A DNA stretch of 64,000 nucleotides from Candidatus Aminicenantes bacterium (GTDB lineage: Bacteria; Acidobacteriota; Aminicenantia; JAMOAD01). Below are positions 54,774-64,000 of this stretch, piece after piece. A model generated the notes under the pieces. It saw only the letters and a list, made by a program, of their open reading frames with translations. It ran no database searches and was not told where the DNA came from. Position 1 is the first letter of the stretch. Every line of letters begins with the position of its first letter. The DNA lies in NCBI GenBank assembly GCA_027031485.1, contig JALVQI010000211.1, positions 559 to 64,558 of the forward strand, written 5' to 3'. A program made the position numbers and the translations under genes.

Positions 54774-55515
54774 AAATACATACAAAGAGGCTGTAAGAAG
54801 CAAACTATTCTTACTCTTAACTCTCTTTTCAATAGCTTTTATCCTGTTTTCCAAGGTGGTTTCCCTCCTCGTTATTTCCAGCGGAGAAAAGATAATAATT
54901 GATCTGGGCTTTGCAATAATTGAAATCTTTGCGGTTCTTCTGTCAATTCTAATAAGTGTGAATCTCTTTTATAAAGAGAGAGATAAAAGAACAATTTTCA
55001 ACATTCTTTCAAAACCGATCTCAAGGGAAGAATTCATTATAGGCAAATTTTTAGGATTATCATTTACCCTATTTGTTTCAATATTAATTTTAGGTATTGT
55101 TTTCATAGGATATTCCCTTATTGTTCTGGGAAAGTTGTCTCTCTATGTTTTTCCTCAGCTTTTTCTGTTTTTTATGGAAGGAGAAATCCTGATAAGCTTT
55201 TCCCTTCTGTTCACCTCTGTTTCAACTCCCATTTTAAGCTCAATTTTTTCCGCGGGGATATATATTGTAGGTAATTTTTCATCAAACTTTTTACTCTATT
55301 ATGAAGCCAAGGTAAAGGGGTTGGCTAAATTATTGGTAAATATCGTTTACTATATACTTCCCAATTTTTCAATACTCAATTACAAAAATCAACTTGTATA
55401 CACAAAAGGGATGGATTTAGGTAATTTTGTGAATGCGTCTGTTTATGGAATTGATTATGCTCTCTTAATATTGGTTTTAAGTATGATTGCCTTTAAAAAC
55501 AGAGAAATTCTATGA
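54751..55515 (+). CDS. ABC-2-type transporter permease
   Basis: 254 aa with six TM segments. Overlaps the ATPase gene by 23 nt. Confidence 0.6.
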   Translation: MKILAIAKNTYKEAVRSKLFLLLTLFSIAFILFSKVVSLLVISSGEKIIIDLGFAIIEIFAVLLSILISVNLFYKERDKRTIFNILSKPISREEFIIGKFLGLSFTLFVSILILGIVFIGYSLIVLGKLSLYVFPQLFLFFMEGEILISFSLLFTSVSTPILSSIFSAGIYIVGNFSSNFLLYYEAKVKGLAKLLVNIVYYILPNFSILNYKNQLVYTKGMDLGNFVNASVYGIDYALLILVLSMIAFKNREIL

Positions 55516-56345
55516 AAATAAAAAAGAGCATTATTCTCTATTTTTTACTCATCATTTTATTCATCATAAGCTTTATCTTTAATTATAATTTTAAAAAGAA
55601 ATTTTTTGAATCCAATGAGGCTCTATACATTTTCCCGAAAAAAACCCTGAAAATGATATCATTGGGCTTTAGCAACATAATAGCTGACTTTTACTATATC
55701 TGGATGATTCAGTTTTACAGCAGCACTGGTATAAGAGAAAGAATTGAGTATCTTCCTGAAATACTTGAAACAATTGGAGAATTGGATCCGAAATTTTCCG
55801 AGCCATTTACTATTGGAGGAATGATAGCCGCACTTCAGGCGGGAAGACTTGACCTTGCTCTTAAAGCAATTGAAATTGGCTTAAGATATGAGCCCTATGA
55901 ATGGACTATTGCAATGGATGCGGGATACTATCTTAGAAAAAGAAAGATGTATAAGAAGGCTTTCTATTACTATGATATTGCTGCTCACAGAGAAAATTCG
56001 CCGGAATTTTTAAAAAGGGTGTGGGCTGATATAGCATGGAAATCCGGAGATCTGATCTTTTCTTATAATTTATGGAAGAATATACATGAAAAGGCAAAAA
56101 CAAAGTATGAAAAGGAGGTCTCCTATCATCATCTCTATATGATTAAATTTGAGATGGATAAAAGAGTGCTTGAACCCATTATTAAAAAATTTCATAGTAG
56201 GTTCGGAAGATTTCCGCAGAGCCTTGAAGAATTATATGTGAAAGGATATATAAGATTTCTACCGAAAGATTATGACGGAGACCCCTATATATACAATCCC
56301 GAAACAGGGAAAATAAAATCAAGGAAAAGATTTTTATGGAAATAG
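55512..56345 (+). CDS. Membrane-anchored TPR-like protein with a pseudopilin (GspG)-like C-terminal motif
   Basis: A single N-terminal TM helix with no prepilin G-F-T-L-x-E motif. Helical repeats. C-terminus FGRFPQSLEELYVKGYIRFLPKDYDGDPYIYNPETGKI. ATGA overlap upstream and a 10-nt overlap downstream. Confidence 0.45.
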   Translation: MKIKKSIILYFLLIILFIISFIFNYNFKKKFFESNEALYIFPKKTLKMISLGFSNIIADFYYIWMIQFYSSTGIRERIEYLPEILETIGELDPKFSEPFTIGGMIAALQAGRLDLALKAIEIGLRYEPYEWTIAMDAGYYLRKRKMYKKAFYYYDIAAHRENSPEFLKRVWADIAWKSGDLIFSYNLWKNIHEKAKTKYEKEVSYHHLYMIKFEMDKRVLEPIIKKFHSRFGRFPQSLEELYVKGYIRFLPKDYDGDPYIYNPETGKIKSRKRFLWK

Positions 56346-57112
56346 TCTTATTTGAAAAAATAGCGGTAATTTTATTCGGGCTTGTTTTCGGAAGTTTTTT
56401 CAATGTTCTTATCTACAGACTTCCGAGAGAGATGAATATTGCAAAACCGAGATCTTTTTGTCCAGTATGTAAACACCCGATTCCGTGGCATCACAATATC
56501 CCTGTGATAAGTTACATAGCTCTTAGAGGAAGATGTCATTTTTGCGGTGCAAAGATCCCGATAAGATATCCCATTGTTGAAATATTGACAGGAATTCTCT
56601 TTTACCTGAATTTTATAAAATTCGGATTAAACGGAACTTTCTTTATTAATACTGTTTTTTCCTCTGTTTTTTTTATTCTCTTTTTCACTGACCTTGAAGA
56701 AAGAATTCTGCCTGATGAGCTTACAATAGGCGGTAGTATTTTTGCAATAGGAATATCATTTTTAAGAAATGATATTTACTGGGTTGAAGCATTGATCGGA
56801 GGATTAATCGGATTTTTGATTTTTATCGGAGCTTATTATCTTTTTTTAAAGACAAAGAAAAAGGAGGGTTTAGGTTGGGGGGATATAAAATATATAATTC
56901 TGATCGGAGCTTTTTTCGGACCCCTTAAAATGCTTCTGATTATAATACTCTCTTCTATTCTCGGAGTTTTATTATGGTTAATAATCGTATTTGTTTTTAA
57001 AAAAGAAAAAGACTATGAACTTCCCTTTGGCTCGTATCTTTCAATAGTCTCTCTGGTTTTCGTATTCTACGGAGAAAAAATAACAGCTGCCTATAATTCA
57101 CTGTTCAGATGA
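56336..57112 (+). CDS. pilD: Prepilin peptidase (A24 family)
   Basis: FGSFFNVLIYRLP. Cys motifs CPVCKHPI...GRCHFCG. Catalytic Asp contexts FTDLEERILPD and GWGDIKY. Confidence 0.85.
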   Translation: MEIVLFEKIAVILFGLVFGSFFNVLIYRLPREMNIAKPRSFCPVCKHPIPWHHNIPVISYIALRGRCHFCGAKIPIRYPIVEILTGILFYLNFIKFGLNGTFFINTVFSSVFFILFFTDLEERILPDELTIGGSIFAIGISFLRNDIYWVEALIGGLIGFLIFIGAYYLFLKTKKKEGLGWGDIKYIILIGAFFGPLKMLLIIILSSILGVLLWLIIVFVFKKEKDYELPFGSYLSIVSLVFVFYGEKITAAYNSLFR

Positions 57113-58377
57113 GAGCAGAAAGAATAATTGCAATAGTATTAATAATCTTTTTAATATTTTCCTTCTCTCTTCTTGAGACAGAGATAATAAAAGTCAAAAA
57201 AGGCGAGGGGAAAATATCTCTTGAAAAGTTTGAAAAGAGAGTAAGGCTATTTTTTAATATCAGTATTTTCTTTTTGTTGATCTTTTTTATATTTCTGATT
57301 TTGCAGTTGAGAAAGAATATGAAAAGAGGGGAAAATGAGAGTATGTCCCCGATAATCAAGGTGTTTGAAAATATTCAGCTCAAAGAAAATGAACTTAAAG
57401 AAAAGAGTGAAACAGAAAGGAAAAAAGCTGAGGAAGCAAGGCTTCTATACTCAACTCTGTTTGAGCATTCAAATATAGGAATTATTCTTATTGACCAATA
57501 CGGGAGAGTGGAGAACTATAATACTACGGCAAAAGAGCAGATATTCCGGGGTAAATCCATACCTGTTTTTTCAAGAGCGGAGGATGTATTACCGCGGGAA
57601 ATAAACAGTATATTAATGTCGGGAAAGGGGAGGCTCTCCGAAACTAATGTAGGGATAAGGGACAAAATTTATAATATCTCAGTAATTCGCTCGCCAAACA
57701 ATAAAACATTTCTTCTTGTAAAAGATATTACAGAGGTAAAAAAAATAGAGAGAATGCTTTCAATTAAAAAGGAAGAAGAGAAGTTGGGGAAAATGGCATC
57801 ATATCTTGCCCATGAAATAAAGAACAGTCTTGGAATAATCATAGGATATATTAAGCTTGTAAAAAATAATCCTGAATGTAAGAAAACAGAAAAGGCTCTG
57901 AATGAAAGCCAAAAACTTTTAAAAATGATGGAAGACTATTTAAGCCTTTCAAAGAATCTTCACAAAAAAATTGAGTATTTAAACCTGAAAGAGATAATTG
58001 AAGAAAGTAACCTCATAATAAATTTGGAACTAATTTTTTCTCCCGGATTTGAAAACATAAGAATATACTTTGACAGGGAACTTTTGAAAACAATTTTTAC
58101 CAATCTTTTGAAAAACTCAAAAGAAAGCACAGCTAAAAGTGTAGCTCTAAGTTTTGAGGAAAATTCGGATTATTATTATATCCTCTACAATGATGATGGA
58201 AGTGGAATAAAGAATGAATTTAAAGATAAGGTTTTTCTTCCGTTTTTCACCACAAAGGATAGTGGTTCGGGTATGGGGCTGTCCATAGTAAAAAAATTTC
58301 TGAATGATAGCGAGGGGGATATCGAATTACTCCCCTCGGAAGAGGGTGCGAATTTCAGATTAATATTTAAAAAATAA
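57109..58377 (+). CDS. Sensor histidine kinase (2 TM, PAS-like, HisKA, HATPase)
   Basis: H box YLAHEIKNSLG, N box NLLKNS, and G boxes DDGSGI and GSGMGLSI. ATGA overlap with pilD. There is no adjacent response regulator. Confidence 0.8.
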   Translation: MRAERIIAIVLIIFLIFSFSLLETEIIKVKKGEGKISLEKFEKRVRLFFNISIFFLLIFFIFLILQLRKNMKRGENESMSPIIKVFENIQLKENELKEKSETERKKAEEARLLYSTLFEHSNIGIILIDQYGRVENYNTTAKEQIFRGKSIPVFSRAEDVLPREINSILMSGKGRLSETNVGIRDKIYNISVIRSPNNKTFLLVKDITEVKKIERMLSIKKEEEKLGKMASYLAHEIKNSLGIIIGYIKLVKNNPECKKTEKALNESQKLLKMMEDYLSLSKNLHKKIEYLNLKEIIEESNLIINLELIFSPGFENIRIYFDRELLKTIFTNLLKNSKESTAKSVALSFEENSDYYYILYNDDGSGIKNEFKDKVFLPFFTTKDSGSGMGLSIVKKFLNDSEGDIELLPSEEGANFRLIFKK

Positions 58378-58491
58378 CTAATTGTTAGAGTATTGCAATT
58401 GTCTCTTCTCTCCGGTAATTTATTCTTCAAAGACTAATCTTTTCCCCATGTATTCATAGATTATCACTTAAATAATCGTTGGCTCATACCC

Positions 58492-61773
<3,282 letters not shown>

Positions 61774-61816
61774 TAAAAAATAAAGACAGAATATTTAATT
61801 AATAATCTTAAATTTA

Positions 61817-61825
61817 TGATATAAT
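61817..61825 (+). promoter_or_regulatory. Extended -10 element TGaTATAAT upstream of the small barrel-like gene
   Basis: Read directly. The SD AGGAGG lies at 61841-61846. Confidence 0.4.
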
Positions 61826-61853
61826 TGGAAACAAATTTTTAGGAGGTTATTTT

Positions 61854-62336
61854 ATGAAAAAGAAAATCGCAGTGTTTTTCTTAATGGCTGCTCTTTTAAT
61901 CGGTTTTGGTTATTCAAAGATGTTTGAAAAGGGAGGTAAGTACCTTACCCCTCAAATAGGACTCAATTCCTACGCAATTCCTGTAGGAGTGAGTTTTGGT
62001 ATGGGAGTTACGGATAATATTGAAGCAGGTGTTTCGGTACTTTATCTTTCATGGAGTGATGAGTTCTATAAATACGCTGTTGTTATGCCAAGCGTGGAAG
62101 CTTTTTATCATTTTAATGTAAATGTTAAAAATCTTGATCCTTTTGCAGGCTTAAATCTTGGTTATTACTATTTTACAGGAGATCTCGGAAGTTTCAGCAG
62201 TGGATTGTATCTTTCTCCATTTATCGGTTCAAGGTATTATTTTTCTCCTAAAACAGCAGCAATGTTGAAACTCTATTTTTCAGCAGGCTCACTTTCAGGA
62301 GCAGGCTTTGTTGCCGGTGTAACTTTAAATATTTAA
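61854..62336 (+). CDS. Small outer-membrane beta-barrel-like protein
   Basis: Signal peptide. About eight amphipathic G/Y/F-rich strands. 160 aa. Confidence 0.4.
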   Translation: MKKKIAVFFLMAALLIGFGYSKMFEKGGKYLTPQIGLNSYAIPVGVSFGMGVTDNIEAGVSVLYLSWSDEFYKYAVVMPSVEAFYHFNVNVKNLDPFAGLNLGYYYFTGDLGSFSSGLYLSPFIGSRYYFSPKTAAMLKLYFSAGSLSGAGFVAGVTLNI

Positions 62337-62353
62337 ATCGTTAGCAAAAAAAT

Positions 62354-62385
62354 AAAAAAGGGGAGAGAAATCTCCCCTTTTTTTT
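62354..62385. terminator. Bidirectional rho-independent terminator (A6-GGGGAGA-gaaa-TCTCCCC-T8)
   Basis: Read directly. It lies between convergent genes ending at 62336 and 62390. Confidence 0.65.
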
Positions 62386-62389
62386 ACTT

Positions 62390-63946
62390 CTAAAAAAAGA
62401 GACGGTAGGGGGTAAATTCAAAAGTTTTTGAAAATTTGCTTTCATTATTAAAGCTATCTGAAGCTTTAATTCCTATAAAATACTTTTTACCGGGCTGAAG
62501 AAAAATCTCAAACTTTAATCCCTTTTCAACTTTTAGTAATTTATTTAAGTTCTCAGGTTTATTTCCATAGTAAACAGAAAAATGGTCAAAATCAGGATCC
62601 GCATTTACGGATAAGCTGACTTCCACTCCCACCAATTTGGTTATCGGATTAACCTTATAGTGGTAACCCAGGATTTCCGGTATTTCAGGAGGATAGTCTT
62701 TTAAAAATTCAAACCATTTTTCAGCCATTAATTGATAACCTTTTTCCGATGGATGAACCGTATCGGACATTAAAGAGTAATAACCTCCGTCTGATTCCGG
62801 ATAATTTAAAAAAATATTAAAAAAATCAATTAAAGGAATTTCGTATTTGTTTGCCAGATCTCTTATACCATTCGAAACTTCCATACTCCTTTCCCGATAA
62901 ATACCCTCTCCCCATTTTCCATTTCTTGGAATAATAGTGGTTAATATCGGTCTCATATTATAATTCAGAGCCGTTTTGATCATCTGTTCAATATTAAAAA
63001 GAATATACGAAACAGGAAATCTCCTTACAAAAAGGCAATCATTTGTTCCCTCGTGAAACAATAAGTATTTTGCCCTATCTTTTAATACAGTGGCTTCAAA
63101 TCTTTTTAAACCATCCTCTGTAACCTCTCCAGGAACACCTTCATTGTAAACAGTTCCGCCATACCATTCGTTGTCAATTAGCAATTGCAATCTTGGAACA
63201 TATCCCTTTTCAGGTGCACCTTCTCTATTTATATACCCATAGGTAATACTATCACCAAAACCTAAAAAACCATAATAGCTGAAAGTGTATGTTTCTCTGT
63301 TGAATTTATCTTCAAAAAAAGAAAAATCTCCTTTTCGGGCCGTGCTTTTTTGTCTTATGTCCAGATTTTTGTCTGAAAATAGTGATTTTATGTTAAGAAA
63401 TTCTTTTTCATACTTACTCTTATCGAATTTATAAAAAATTAGTTTTGAGCCATCCTCAGACACACTTAAAGAACGTACCGGAACTTCAAATTTAAAAGAT
63501 TTAATAATTTTTTTTGTCATAAAATCAAGTATTTTAATTTCAAAGCTTTCATTAATAAACGCAATATATTCTTTTAAATCATAGTTGAATAACACAGGAG
63601 AATAGAAAGGAGAAGATTGAGTTCTGACATTAATGGATTTATCACCGACAACAATTGAAAGTGAGTATTTCCCTTTTGAAATCATCTTTTCCTTAAAAAC
63701 AAAAAAAGAATTATAGTTCCCGGAAAATCCCACCGAAAGAAATATTTCTCTGCTTTTTAACTCTAACTTTTTTTGAAAAATAGGGTTTTCCTTATTTTTG
63801 TAGATCCGTACAGAAAAAGGAGAAATTTCGTAGAAAAAAGCCTTATCTTTTTTGAAGATTATCCCTTTTTCAAAATCCTTTTTCATTGAAATTGCAAAAT
63901 TAAGACAAACCATGATAAAAACTATTACGGAAATTGCTCTCTTCAT
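62390..63946 (-). CDS. Secreted SGNH/GDSL hydrolase with a beta-rich N-domain and an Fn3-like C-domain
   Basis: Block I GFGDSITYGY, block III-like HEGTND, block V DTVHPSEKGY. Signal peptide. Confidence 0.7.
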   Translation of the reverse strand: MKRAISVIVFIMVCLNFAISMKKDFEKGIIFKKDKAFFYEISPFSVRIYKNKENPIFQKKLELKSREIFLSVGFSGNYNSFFVFKEKMISKGKYSLSIVVGDKSINVRTQSSPFYSPVLFNYDLKEYIAFINESFEIKILDFMTKKIIKSFKFEVPVRSLSVSEDGSKLIFYKFDKSKYEKEFLNIKSLFSDKNLDIRQKSTARKGDFSFFEDKFNRETYTFSYYGFLGFGDSITYGYINREGAPEKGYVPRLQLLIDNEWYGGTVYNEGVPGEVTEDGLKRFEATVLKDRAKYLLFHEGTNDCLFVRRFPVSYILFNIEQMIKTALNYNMRPILTTIIPRNGKWGEGIYRERSMEVSNGIRDLANKYEIPLIDFFNIFLNYPESDGGYYSLMSDTVHPSEKGYQLMAEKWFEFLKDYPPEIPEILGYHYKVNPITKLVGVEVSLSVNADPDFDHFSVYYGNKPENLNKLLKVEKGLKFEIFLQPGKKYFIGIKASDSFNNESKFSKTFEFTPYRLFF

Positions 63947-63951
63947 ATCAA

Positions 63952-63979
63952 ATTATAACATAGAAAATATTTCATACAA
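63952..63979 (-). promoter_or_regulatory. Promoter TTGTAT-16-TATAAT, with the -10 ending 5 nt before ATG 63946 (leaderless type)
   Basis: Read on the minus strand. There is no SD. Confidence 0.5.
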
Positions 63980-64000
63980 AAAAAACAATTAATCAGTCAG

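Overview
This is a visibly AT-rich, densely coding bacterial chromosomal segment. I call 54 protein genes and one tRNA-Thr(CGU). I saw no rRNA, CRISPR array, transposase, integrase or phage genes. Content by region: (a) 1-726, the 5' part of an Rhs-core toxin gene running off the left edge. (b) 1392-18952, a 15-gene co-directional array with tiny or overlapping junctions: PilT-like ATPase, alaS, lytic transglycosylase, membrane proteins, lipid kinase, a SpoIVB-like/beta-propeller/TPR trio, Fe-ADH, a long SpoIID-domain protein, hydrolase, truB, recD2. (c) 18953-19660, a 708-bp non-coding island built from heptanucleotide arrays. (d) 24430-27540, lptE-holA-C69 dipeptidase. (e) 27693-35255, a pilB-pilT-pilC-pilS-pilR-tetR operon. 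(f) 35252-38206, rplM-rpsI-rpsB-tsf-pyrH on the minus strand. (g) Transporters (POT, Nramp-like, ACR3/BASS-like, ABC), a tungsten-type aldehyde:ferredoxin oxidoreductase, a sortilin/BNR protein, a GH2 beta-galactosidase and an SGNH hydrolase. (h) 53847-58377, an ABC exporter / TPR protein / prepilin peptidase / histidine kinase operon. LptE and barrel-like proteins suggest a diderm. AOR and radical-SAM genes suggest an anaerobic lifestyle. I cannot place the lineage from sequence alone. I did not find a classical defence or mobile system. The best candidates for something undescribed are: (i) the translationally coupled ABC-TPR-PilD-kinase operon, which includes a pseudopilin-like C-terminal motif on a non-prepilin protein; (ii) the in-register heptad-repeat island, with a heptad block copied at a second locus; (iii) the orphan-like Rhs cassette at the window edge; (iv) the SpoIVB-like protein with apparently permuted motif order and its two secreted/TPR partners; (v) a recurrent architecture in which near-consensus promoters abut start codons, implying leaderless first genes. 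All functional calls come from motif recognition by eye, and no database search was run.
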